Source of the DNA: Mustelus asterias | Lineage: Eukaryota | Assembly: GCF_964213995.1 (NCBI RefSeq) | Contig: NC_135819.1 | Span: forward strand, 37,324,001-37,388,000 | Length of the DNA stretch: 64,000 bases | Direction: 5' to 3' | Shown here: in pieces, positions 11,611-23,299 of the stretch | Layout: the number at the start of each line of letters is the position of its first letter | Numbering within the stretch: the stretch's first letter is position 1 | Made by a program: the position numbers and the translations under genes | The notes under the pieces: model-generated | What the model was told of the DNA's origin: nothing | The model's database searches: none | The model's input: only the letters and a program-made list of their open reading frames with translations

Positions 11611-13890
11611 TGTAATAGATCAAGTGTGACTCGATGAAGTTTTAACTATAAAGGCTTTATTGCTAACAGAGTAATTAGATACAGGAGCAACAAGGTCAGA
11701 TTAGACTACAAATTAGACTCCTGGGCCCCAACTGCCCTCCACGAACTGTGTCTACCTGCTCCTGCCGATTGGCTCAGCTTCACACTGGGGAGATCCTCAG
11801 GGTCCTCGCCAATCACGTGGCCCCCGCAAACTGCCCCCCCATCCCCCTTCATGGGCCAAGCTACTACACCCCCTCCCCCTAAAGTCAGAAACACTCCTAA
11901 GGAGAAACAAAGGACAGGGCTTTTAGGCACACAGCAGGTTCTTACACAAAAAGCATATCCAGAAAAACCTCTTGAAAACTCAACAAAGGTTCAAACGTTC
12001 CAGAGTTTTCCTGGCTTTGTTAGAGCACTTCTGTTTGGTGGTAGATTCGTCTGCGTTTAAAGGAACAGACGATACAGATGAGAACAGCTGGCTCATCAAT
12101 CCTGGGTCCAATGGCTGTGCAGTGGTTTCAGACTCCTGCGTCTTCTCCCCCATGGGTCGCCCAGGCCCCACATTCTCCACCAAAATTCCAGGAGCCAGAC
12201 TGGAACTAACTGCACGGATCGCCTGGGTATCCTCTTTGTCTAACGCTGCTCTCCTCCTCAAGTTCAACATTTCCAGCCAGTTTAGCCGTATCTGCTTTAA
12301 CCAATCCTGCCCCTTAAACAAGGTCTGTGACCCTTGATTCCCAAGACTGGCAGCTTTACCGTCTGATTCTGATATGCCACTGTTACTGTTACTGCACCTA
12401 GAGCCGGCAGTGTCTCTCCCGTATATCCAGACAACATGACACCTGATTCACTTAGTCTTAATTGCAGATTGAAGTCCCTATTGCAGATAATAAAATGCCT
12501 GTTCCCCTGTGACTGTGGCCGCTACCCTTGTACTCACTTCCGCTTTTAGAGTTCTGTCATATACCAGCAAGTTCTCTCTACTGGGGGCAATTTGTTTAGT
12601 TGGACCTGGTTTAGGGTGAATGACTCGGATCCCTTGCTGGGCTCCGCATCCAGATTGTTTACAGGAGTTAAGCTAGCAATCACTGCCCTTTTTTTTGCAC
12701 TGACTGTCCTGATTGATTTGCTCTGCACCGTGACTTTGAGCGACCTTTCTTGTTCAATTTGAAGCAGACATAGTTCTTAAATCGACAAACTTCTTGGGAG
12801 TGTTCTCCCCCACATTGAGAGTACACTCCACCCCTCAATGTTGCGCATCTTCTATCGGGCGCGGTTACACCCACTCCTGAGCGGTTTTGCGCCACAGCCA
12901 TTTCCCGCCACAAATGATTTATCTCGTTTGGCACTCCCTGCAGTTCTGTTTAAAGTTTATTTATTAGTGTCACAAGTAAACTTCCATGAAGTTACTATGG
13001 AAATCCCCTTGTCACCACACTCCGGCGCCTGTTCGGGTACACTGAGGGAGTATTTAGCATGGCCAATCCACCTAACCAGCACGTCTTTCGGACTGCGGGA
13101 GGAAACCGGAGCACCCGGAGGAAAAACACAGACTATTCTGTCCTTTAACATTTCAGCTAATGCTGGGCCAAATTTGCAGTATTCTGCCAGTCCCCTAAAT
13201 CTTGCCACAAAAACTTGAAATGGCCTCCCTGGCTCACGGGCTGCCGGATGAAATTTGTACCTCAGGTGTAGTAATCGAGGGGCAGGGATTAAAATGATTT
13301 CTGACCAGCTCCACAATCTGCTCAAATGACTTTCTGTCTGGAGCATCTGGTGTTGTTGATGTTCTCACAAAGCTGTAATTTGGGAGCCACAGACTATTAG
13401 CAAAATGACCTTCCTCTTGTCATCCATGGGTATTTCATTTGCAACAAAGTAATACAACAGCCTTTCTCAGTCAAGTTCTCAGTCATTGACCTCAGGGTCG
13501 AATGACTCGATCTTTCCCAGGCATGCGAAATGAGTGTCCTTACTTTTTCTTATTATCAACGATCAAGTCTCCTCCCTCTCTAGCTGGACACTGTGAGCCC
13601 TGACAACTTCAATGTTTTGCCTCGTCGCCAATGTAATAGATAGAGGGAAACATGATGAACGTTTAAGTATTAAGGCTTTATTGCCAACAGAGTAATTACC
13701 TACAAGAACAACAAGGTAAGACAACAAGTAGAACTGCTCCTCTGGATTCCCAGGCTCCAACTTCCAGTCCCTCCTCAACCCACCCTCCTGCCAATTGGCT
13801 CGGCTTGTGGCAGAACAATGCACAGGGTCCTCGCCAGTCCCGTGGCCCTTGGAGAACCCACCTCCTGCTTCAAGGGCCATGCTGCTACCA
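11611..13890 (-). mobile_element. Internally deleted Gypsy (Mag-clade) LTR retrotransposon
   Basis: LTRs 11611-11868 and 13632-13890; PBS TGGCGACGAGG (complementary to the tRNA-Ser(GCU) 3' end) at ~13620-13630; PPT at ~11869-11880; TSD (A)GTGA; gag (RYKFH..LAEYCKFG..MLKDRIVC, double CCHC) and GQDWLKQIRLNW; no RT, RNase H or integrase core seen. Confidence 0.9.
12951..13125 (-). mobile_element. 5'-truncated V-SINE, tail type A, inside gag
   Basis: End of V domain plus tail A. Confidence 0.85.
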
Positions 13891-15657
13891 GTGAATTAGG
13901 AAGAATTCCAGAGTTTAGGCGCTCTACAGCTGAGAGCACACAGTGGGGAGGTGCAGAAGGCTGGAAGTGAAGGCGCATCGGCACCTCAGAGGCTTTTAGG
14001 GCTAGAGGAGGTCAAAGAGATGATGGAGTGGGATGTAAGGGTGTTAGTGAGACCATGGAGGGACCTGAAAGCACGGATATGATATTTCAAACAAAGGCAT
14101 TGCTCGACAATGAGTCTATTTATGCCAGTGAGCATAGAGGTGATGGGTGAAGAGGACTAAGTTTGGATAGAGGCGACAGCATTCTGATTGAGGTTGTGTT
14201 TATGGTGGGTGGAAGAGGGGGGAGTCTGATGAAGAGTGGGATGGAATAGGCAAGTGTAGAGGCACTGAAAGTCTTCATAGTTGCTGAGCTGAGTCATCAA
14301 TTCAGGTGGGATCAGACAATATCACAGAAGTGAAAGTAAAGTGTTAGCGATGCCGCAGATATTTAGTTGGAACAAAACACCAAACATTTCTCACCCAAAC
14401 ACTGGAATGAAAGAGGTCATCAGAGGTTAGAATTGCGCCGTAGCAACCAAAGTACAATTCTGGAAATACTCTGGACAGTTCTCAGTATTCACACAGCCCA
14501 TTAAACAGTATCTTTAGCGGTTGGCAGAGGCCTGAGAGAGATTTGGCCTCTCTCACAGCCGCCTCAAGTCTGTTGGGAAACTAACTTCCGTTAACAAATT
14601 CTCTGACTGACCTTGCATCTGTCACCTTCCCCCATTGTCCATAATGACACAATTACGGGTCGGACCTAAACCTATGCCTTAAAGTTAAACAGTACATTAA
14701 CCACTAATTCAATTTTCTCACTCGAGCTTTTCAATAATCACCTCAGGAATGAGAACAAAGCTTTTTTATATTCATGTCCTCATCGCTGATGTGGTGGGGG
14801 CTGGTGGTGACAGTTGCATTTGATTGTTAGCCCAGTGTTAATGTATTTTGAGCTCTGATCCCAGCACCTAAAGTGTTACTGACAAACCTCTCAACAGTGT
14901 CTGAAGAGCCAGGGCTAGGGGTCCACTTGCCCTCTAATTTTAATCTGGTTTTGAACTACTTTGGACATCCTGGATAAGATGGAAATGTGCTGTATTAATA
15001 CAAGTTGTTTATTTTAGATTCACGTCGAAGATGCATCATCTTATTTGTCCATACGGCAATCCGCATGTTTTGCTCATTAACTCTGCAAAGTAACTGAGCA
15101 TGTGACAAATGCATTTCAAGTCATTACACTTCCCTTCTATTAAGCAGCAGGTTTGAAATGTTGCTTTTGTTTGCTATCCTGAACACTACAAAGTGAATAA
15201 AAACACAAACCGGAATAATTACTTGGGAAGCTGTAATCTGCCAATAAAACAAGGTGTCCTGATTACTCTGTGTTCAATATTTGAGTTGAGTAAAAGCCTC
15301 CGAGAAATCGCTGCAGACATTTTTTTTCCATTTTGTTTACCATTCGCCGAATCGTGGTGATTCACCACGATATCTTTTTAGTCACCTGGGCCTGAAATTA
15401 TTTAACTTCAATATTTAATGGTATTTCTGTTCATCTAACTGTTATTCATTTATTCATTCTCACTGATTGTGTTGTCTAACTTCAGAAGGAACATTGTCAT
15501 ATTAAGGCCAAAGAAACACACTGAGCTGTTTTCAGAATAAAATTGCAGCCAAAGTCATTATTGTTAATGACTGGAATCGGTAATGACAATGAAAAAAAAA
15601 TGACTGCAGATGTAATTTCAGAAGTGTCTTCGACTTTAGTGCTCAAAGACTAAATGT

Positions 15658-16019
15658 AAGTTTATTGATTTATTAGTCACAAGTAGGCTTACATTAACAC
15701 TGCAATGAAGTTACTATGAAAATCCCCTAGTCACCACACTCCGGCGCCTGTTCGGGTACAGGAGGGAGAATTTAGCATGGCCAATGCACTTAACCAGCTC
15801 GTCTTTCATTTACCCTAGCCAGTCCCCCTGACACGAAGGGGCAACTTAGCATGGCCAATCCACCTAACCCGCACATCCTTGGAGTGTGGGAGGAAACCGG
15901 AGCACCCGGAGGAAACCCACACAGACACGAGGAGAATGTGCAAACCCCGCACAGACAACGACCCAAGCCGGGAATCCAATCCAGGTCCCTGGTGCTGCGA
16001 GGCAGCAGTGTGCCACCCC
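15658..16019 (-). mobile_element. Chimeric V-SINE (type B body fused to type A tail)
   Basis: 16019-15808 is head, V domain and start of tail B; 15807-15658 restarts at the end of the V domain with tail A. Confidence 0.75.
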
Positions 16020-17700
16020 TGAATCAAATTAATCATTGGGCAGGGAACTCTCCTGCATTTTCTGTATTGTTGTCCCAAATGACCATAGGCTGAATAGTTG
16101 ATAGTCATTTAACCTGAGGATCACCACACCTCGGATGAGGGGCAAGGTTGAGAAGGTGGGGCCTTCATGAATTACTTTAGCCTGTACAATAAACACTCTT
16201 ATTCTCTTTTTAAATACTGTACCCATTTTTCCTTCCATGGAGCACTGCATCCACACTCTCTCTCTCCTGTTTCATCCGTTTGATTATCTTTATTCTCAGC
16301 TGCTGTTGTATTCTGAAGTCTGCAGGCTTTTTCACTGCACTGCAGTCCAAAATACTTAAGGGTGTATGAGAAAAAACACAATCCTGACAGCCACTGTTTG
16401 AGATTTTTGCAGCATTGATTAGAACAAATGTTACCAGTACCACTTTCCCTCATGTGGTTTACACACTGTGCTCATTAACTCGATATTAAAAGTTCTACAA
16501 GCTGCTGCCTCCCTGATATCATTAGGGCTGAAAACAATGTGTGGCAAACAGGAATGTGGCAATAAACAAAATTAATGAGAAATATTACAGCCGTTCGAGT
16601 TAACTCTTTGAGTCCTTGAAAACTTGTTCATCTTTTGCTGAATTCATCCCTATTTCATCACCGGCCAAATTGATTTTCTGATCTGAAAGGAGTGGAATAT
16701 TTTAAGATCTTTGAAGCTGTTTTTTCAGTTAAGCATTTTAATTCCGCAGTGCTTTGGTTCACAACTGATACCTGCAGTATTCGAAGATTAAAATGCCTTG
16801 GTCCAGTTTCTGTGGTCGGAATGACAGTGAAGCTATCAACATTCACCATTATAAAAGAGTGAATTGGATGGCAACATACAGTGACAGCAAATGCATATTA
16901 TCCGGAAGTTTCTATTTAAGTTCTCCCGCTCCTCCAAAAAGCTTTCAAATATCGTTTTTCCACCAAGAAACTTGGAACTTGAACACATAGAAGGGCATGG
17001 ATTTAACATACTAGCTTAATAGATACCCACTAAAAACAAAATGTCAGGTAAATTTGGGTCTAGTTCATTTAATAGCAAGAGAATTTTTAACAGTGTGTTG
17101 TGTCTTAATTATTGGAAATCCATCTCCCTGGCAGTAGAACTGATTTGTTCCCCAAGTGTGGAGTCCCATTCCTTCAAATTTCAGTTATTCCTGGAGATTT
17201 GAAAATAACTTTGCTTTTGTTCTCTTTTTCAGTCCCACTGTTTCCACCCCCCCCCCCCACCCCCTTTATTTCATCCTTTATTTCATGCTCTGCACATGAT
17301 TTGGCATAGAATTAACTATTCAAACTTGCATTTCCTGGTTGACACTCTGCGTGGCTCAATAAGGGTTCTCCAATCTGATAGGTTCAGGAAATTCAAATAT
17401 TATTGGACTTTTGGCATTGTTCTCAGAGCTCCTATAGAGGCCTCTGCTCTCTTTAGTATTTTTAATAACTACACTTTCCAACTCCTCGACAGTCTGTGTC
17501 CAAGTGTAAGTATAATGCATGACTTGTCCCATTTCTTTGCCAGTGGCTGCAAGATCATAACCAACAATATCGTGATGCTTTAAAATGGCAGTAAGTGTAA
17601 CATGAAACATATGGCCAGCTTTCTAAAACAAACCCCACTGTAAACTTAGAGATTGCACTCACAAAGTAAAAAAGGATTGAGATCACCAGGGGTATAAAAG

Positions 17701-18008
17701 GGTGGCATAGGGTGGCACAGTGGTTAGCACTGCTGTCTCACAGCATCAGGGACCTGGATTCAATTCCCGGCTTGGGTCACTGTCTGTGCAGAGTCTGCAC
17801 GCTCACCCCATGTCTGCGTGGGTTTCCTCCGGGTGCTCCGGTTTTCTCCCACAGTCCGAAAGGCGTGCCGGTTAGGTGCATTGGCCATGTTAAATTCTCC
17901 TTCAGTGTATCCAAACAGGCATCAGACTGTGGCGACTAGGGGGTTTTCACAGTAACTTCATTGCAGTGTTAATGTAACCCACTTGTGACACTAATCGAAT
18001 AAACTTTA
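17701..18008 (+). mobile_element. V-SINE, tail type A, full length
   Basis: Head, V domain, tail A. Confidence 0.9.
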
Positions 18009-18204
18009 AAATTCTTTAATTTTGGCAGCAGATTGGATACTGGATGTGTTGTCTACCAATCCTTCAGGAGGTTTGACACTGTTCAAACTGATGGGAGGTG
18101 GAACAGTTAGATCCAGCATGCATATGCCTGTGAACTTCCAGGGAAGTATATATATCACAAGATAACATGGACAACTATCAGCACAAAAGTCTTGCACCCT
18201 CATA

Positions 18205-18419
18205 ATGTTGAGATGCCGGTGTTGGACTGGGGTGGACACGGTAAGAAGTCTCACAACACCAGGATTAAAGTACAACAAGTTTATTTGGAATCACGAGCTT
18301 TCAGAATGCTGCTCCTTCATCAGGTGAGTGGGATCATCACTCACCTGATGAAGGAGCAGCGCTCCAAAAGTGCATGATTCCAAATAAACCTGTTGGACTT
18401 TAACCTAGTGTTGTGAGAC
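18205..18419. mobile_element. Inverted (head-to-head) pair of Penelope terminal repeats with hammerhead motifs
   Basis: 18205-18330 on minus and 18338-18419 on plus are reverse complements around ~18333; cacctgatgaaggagcagc on both strands. Confidence 0.85.
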
Positions 18420-20405
18420 CTGTTGCACCTTCAAAGATATAGAAGAAAGGCATAGGACAAGGAAGACTCTTAGGGCATTAGAAAGTCTCTAGACCTTCTC
18501 ATTGTCTCTCCTCACGCTCTCTCTCTGAGCCTATCCTGTCCATGTGATCCACTTCCTGTTCCCTCAATCTGAATTCTCACTAAATTGCTGTTCATTCAAC
18601 CTCTCCTCCTGCTCCCCGTGTTAACCAATACTGTGGTTCCCTTTCTTCAGCTGTCTCTCTCTCTCCTTTACATCTGTCATTGTTAACCCTCTCCTCAAAA
18701 TACCAACCCAGAACCACCATCCTTGCTCGCATCCCATCTCCAACCTCACTTTCCCACCAAAGTCCTTGACTTTATAGTCACCCCAAAAACCCCTCTCATC
18801 TTTCCCAGAACTGTGTGTTCCAATCCCTCCAATTAGGATTCCACTCCTGTCACAGTATTGAAGTATCTTTCGTCAAAGTCACAATTTTAATTCCTATGTA
18901 ACAATGACAAAGGCAAACTTTCCTCCTCACCATTCCTGACCTGGCTGCAGCTTTTGACCAAACCGTCCTCCTCTAACGCCTCCCCACTATTGTCGAGCTG
19001 GGTGGACTGCTCTCACCTCATTCCATTCTTATCTATTAATCAAAGTCTGAGCATCACTTTCAATGGCTTCTCCTCCTGCTCCCACATCATTACCTCTGAT
19101 GTTCCTCAAAGGATCCATCTTTGGCTCTCCTATTGTGCCTCAGCAACATGATCCAGGGACAGAGTGTTAATTTTCCTGTGTACCCCGATGACATCCAGCT
19201 CTACCCCTCCACCACCTCTCTACTTCTTCACTATTGTTAAATGATTAGACTGCTTATCCAACATCCAGCACTGGAAGAGCCTCTAATTAAATTCCTCTAC
19301 TTAAATATGAGAAAGACTGGAACCATTGTTTTCGGTCCCAACTCCAAGCTCTGTTCTTCAACTATCAGCTCCACCCCTTTCCCTGGCTCCATGAGGAGAT
19401 TAAATCAGCCCATTCCAATCTGAAACCTTTTCCAGATTATTCCAGGTCAGGTGTCCTCCTCAGATGATCAAACCCACTTAAGTTTGAGAAAGACAGACCT
19501 TGCAGACACTGAAATGGGTCTGAAGAACTGATCCAACTCTCCCCAAAGGAAAGGAACAGCCAGAGAATGTTACTACCCACCATTTAGCCTTTTTAACAAG
19601 TTTTAGCCAGATTATAAAAAACCAGTTATTATAATACTCTGGACATTTCTCCTCAGTACTGTACCTTTCCACTGAAGAGTGTATGGAGATGGGTTCTCAA
19701 GATTTGATACAGAAGGCTATAATAAAACAATATATTTTCTAAATTATATTGAAGTTTATTAAAGAATCAAACATGCAATTCATATTAGATGGTAAGACAC
19801 TTGCAACATTGATAGGAAAAAGAGTATAATCTTGTTTCCATTAACGAATTCAGGTTTAAAAAATGTTATAGAGAGGTATGTAAGATGTCCATCAGTATTT
19901 AAAGTAGTATTTATCTTAAATCCCTTCATAAAGAGCTACAGAGCCAATACCTCTATCCTAATTAAGGGGCAAACTATTGTCGCTACACTACTGTAGCTGT
20001 ACCTTAATTTGAAAGACACTGGTGTAAATCCGATGAATCTATAAATCCTTAAAAAGCCTAACCAGCAAGGAAGCATGTTCGGTGCACAAACTGGACAACA
20101 TCCTTTGTTTTAGTCAATATCCTTCAAGCAAACAGGTTACCTAGATATGCAGAAGGTGGTCAGTTTCTTCCTACACTCAGTTTCCAGGATTCAGCTGATT
20201 TAAGGACATCCTTAAGGGTTATCCATTGTTAGCTTGTGGTATCTTACAAATTTTCAATGCCTTGCTGAGGTGATGTAAAGGCTAGTTTCTGTTTTTTCAG
20301 GAACTGCCTTGCGTGAGAGGATAAGCGATATCTCATGTCACAGGATGTTGGTGTCCTTGAGCAGATAATTATGCTGCAGCATGTTGAAAGACTTCTGAAT
20401 CCTTG

Positions 20406-20532
20406 GGGGTGAAATTTCCCATCCTGCTCGCCACGCGAATCATAGCGGGTGGGGAGTTGACCATGCAAAGGTCCATTGACTCCGGTTGGGATTTTCGGGT
20501 TTTGGGGTGAGAGTGGCTGGAAAATCCCGCCC
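20406..20532. mobile_element. ~125-bp Harbinger-type MITE
   Basis: Imperfect TIRs ggggtgaaatttccc / ggaaaatcccgccc; homologous to the 5512 and 30031 copies. Confidence 0.75.
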
Positions 20533-20871
20533 TCGATTTTAATTTTTAATCCCAACTCATTGGAGAATCACTCTTATGATTCTCGTATAAATAACTCTTT
20601 AATTTTAGCTGCATCGCTTCACAAACATTGGTGTCACATTTGACCCGAGCTGTGTTTTCGACCTATATCTGTGCCATCATTAAGACTGCCTATTTTGGCC
20701 CCGATCACATCGCTCGACTTTGTTCTGTCTCAGCACATCTGTTGCTGAAACCTTTATTCAAGCCTTTAACATTACTAGACTTGACTCTTTCCACATACTC
20801 CTGGCTGGTTTCCCACATTCTACCCTGTATAATCTTCAGATCATCCAAAGTACTGCTGTCTGTAGCTTAAT

Positions 20872-21342
20872 GTTTGATTTGATTTGATTTATTATTGTCA
20901 CATGTATTAACATACAGTAAAAAGTATTGTTTCTTGCGCGCTATACAGACAAAGCATACTGTTCATAGAGAAGAAACAAGAGAGTGCAGAATGTAGTGTT
21001 ACAGTCATAGCTAGGGTGTAGAGAAAGATCAACTTAATGCAAGGTAAGTCCATTCAAAAGTCTGACAGCAGCAGGGAAGAAGCTGTTCTTGAGTCAGTTG
21101 GTACGTGACCTCAGACTTCTGTATCTTTTTCCTGAAGGAAGAAGGTGGAAGAGAGAATGTCCGGGGTGCGTGGGGTCCTTAATTATGCTGGCTGCTTTGT
21201 CGAGGCAGCGGGAGGTGTAGACAGAGTCAATGGATGGGAGGCTGGTTTGTGTGATGGATTGAGCTACATTCACGAGCTTTTGTAGTTCCTTGCGGTCTTG
21301 GGCAGAGTAGGAGCCATACCAAGCTGTGATGCTTTCTATGTG
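20872..21342 (-). mobile_element. Rex1/Babar-like LINE 3' fragment with (AATCA)n tail
   Basis: ESITAWYGSYSAQDRKELQKLVNVAQ..HPGHSLFHLLPSGKRYRS; tail tgtgacaataataaatcaaatcaaatc. Confidence 0.85.
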
Positions 21343-22216
21343 CACCAAGTCCTGTTCCCCTATCACCCCCGTGCTCGCTGTCCTACATTCGCTCCCAGTC
21401 AAGCAATGTCTTGCTTTTAAAATTCTCATCCTTGTTTTCAAACCTCTTCATGACTTTGACTCTCCTGATCACTGTGATTCCTCCAGCCTCTGAGATATCT
21501 GTGCTCCTCTAATTCTGGCCTCTTGAGTATTCTAGCTCTGGGATATCCTTCATGCACTCCTTCACCCCACTTTCCTCCTTTAAGGCATCCCTTGAAACCT
21601 TCCCCTTTGATTAGATTTTGGTAATCTGGCCCCAGTCAGCCGTAGGCACTGGAGTTGAATCCAACCTGGCTCCAAGCATCTCAGTATGATACACCTCCAC
21701 TAAGCCACAGCATTTTCTTTTGTAAACCAATTAAACAGTCAGCACAGTAAGGAAAATATATGGCAAAGCTTTTTTATCGAGAATGCACACTGTGTAAGTT
21801 ACCCAGTTAGGCAAGAAGAAATCATTGCCCGTTACTATAATGCATTACACAAACACAATAAATTTATTATATTTAATAAGTAACACTACATAATCACTGA
21901 TCACATCTGAACTGAGTAATCTCTATTCACCCAACCCTTTCAGCTGAGCACATGACTTGATTCGAATTATTAGAAACTAATTGCTATTGTTATGGAGACC
22001 AGTAACTTTTAAAAACAAAATCAAAGTCCCAGTTAGTCCCAATTATGCCACAAGGCTTCATGTTTTAAATCAAAACTATTACTGTACAAGAAGCAAGCAC
22101 TACTAACTATCACTATGGCCCAAATTGTCCGGCCTTCAAATTGTTGGAGACTGGATGTGTGGTCCAAGTTACGCTTTTGGACCCCACGCAAGTCCTGACA
22201 CACTGACCTCTGTGGG

Positions 22217-22500
22217 AATCATAGAACCATAGAATCCTTACAGTGCAAAAGGAGGCCGTTTGACCTATCGTGTCTGCATGGACTCTTGCCCTATACCCGT
22301 AGCCCTGTGCATTTAGCACAGCCAATCCACCTAACCTACACATCTTTGGAGTGTGGGAGGAAACCAGAGCACTCCAAGGAAACCCACACAAACATGGGGT
22401 GAATGTGCAAACTCCACACAGACAGTAACCCGAGGCCGGAATTGAACCTGGATCTCTGGAGCTGTGAGGCAGCAGTGTTAACCACCGCGCTGCCATGCCG
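22217..22500 (-). mobile_element. HE1 V-SINE, tail type B (CR1/HER1-like)
   Basis: Head, V domain and tail ..tgcactgtaaggattctatggttctatg. Confidence 0.85.
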
Positions 22501-22649
22501 GGAAGTTTGAAGTTCCGATGGACAAGCCCCCTGCTCGCTGGGGCCCTGCACAAATGTCTCTGATTCTGAGTTAGGGTCGGGGATGTTGAACAGTTTCAAT
22601 GAGCTTACCTGAATAGCTGCCCAGGAAATGTTGACAAAAAAGTCTATTC

Positions 22650-23080
22650 AAACTCCTGGGCAACTAAAAAACCAACACCACCCCCTCAATCACTCTAACT
22701 GACTCTCAAACACCACTCCCAACTTGACTAACCTCCAATCTGACCCACCTACACCCTAAAAGCATGAATATACACCAAACATTCCAACTACCCGTACTGA
22801 CGACCACAATTACAACTTCAGCTCATTACTTTCCCCTTAACTGACTTGACAAATCCCCCAATCATCCAACTTACCCCTCAACCATCCCCCAACCATCCAA
22901 CTAACCTCCCCAACCAAGCCCAACTGCCCTCTCGACTTGACCCTCCATGACTATCCCCTAACCTGCTGTCTCTCTGACCCGACCACTCATACATCCACCT
23001 GCAACTCACCCACATACCCACCTCATACACTCACCCATTTAAGCACTCATCCATCTCCCATTCCCTCATCTATTTACTAA
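22650..23080. repeat. C-rich low-complexity tract
   Basis: Imperfect ccc/caac/ccaact repeats. Confidence 0.6.
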
Positions 23081-23299
23081 CTTTCAAAGATTGGACCTTA
23101 CAATATGACAGTTTGAGCTGCAAAAATGAGGTATTTCTTGTCTTCACCTGACTCGATTGGGCTCTGGGGGGTTCCCTGGCAGACATTGCACTGTGCATTT
23201 CTTTGACAGCTGAGATCAGAACATTCTAGAAGCAATAAGAGGCAGTGTCAGCTCAGGAGACTCTTCACACACATTGGCAATTCGCTCAACATTACTGTT

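Larger units (their letters stand above)
10520..14370 (-). mobile_element. L2 LINE 3' region split by nested insertions (pieces ~10520-10577, 10916-10962, 11601-11610, 13891-14370)
   Basis: gcttgatcaaagaggtaagctttaaggagtg..cttaaaagag gaaggag ... aggaagaattccagagtttagg joins across the insertions; reverse of the L2 3' end at 21343-21630. Confidence 0.6.
18440..21630 (+). mobile_element. L2 LINE ORF2 remnant, interrupted at ~19421-20610 and 20872-21342
   Basis: YPDDIQLY (YADD motif) at ~19181; AIIKTAYF..IARL..ETFIQAF near 20670-20770; L2-type 3' region 21343-21630. Confidence 0.8.
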
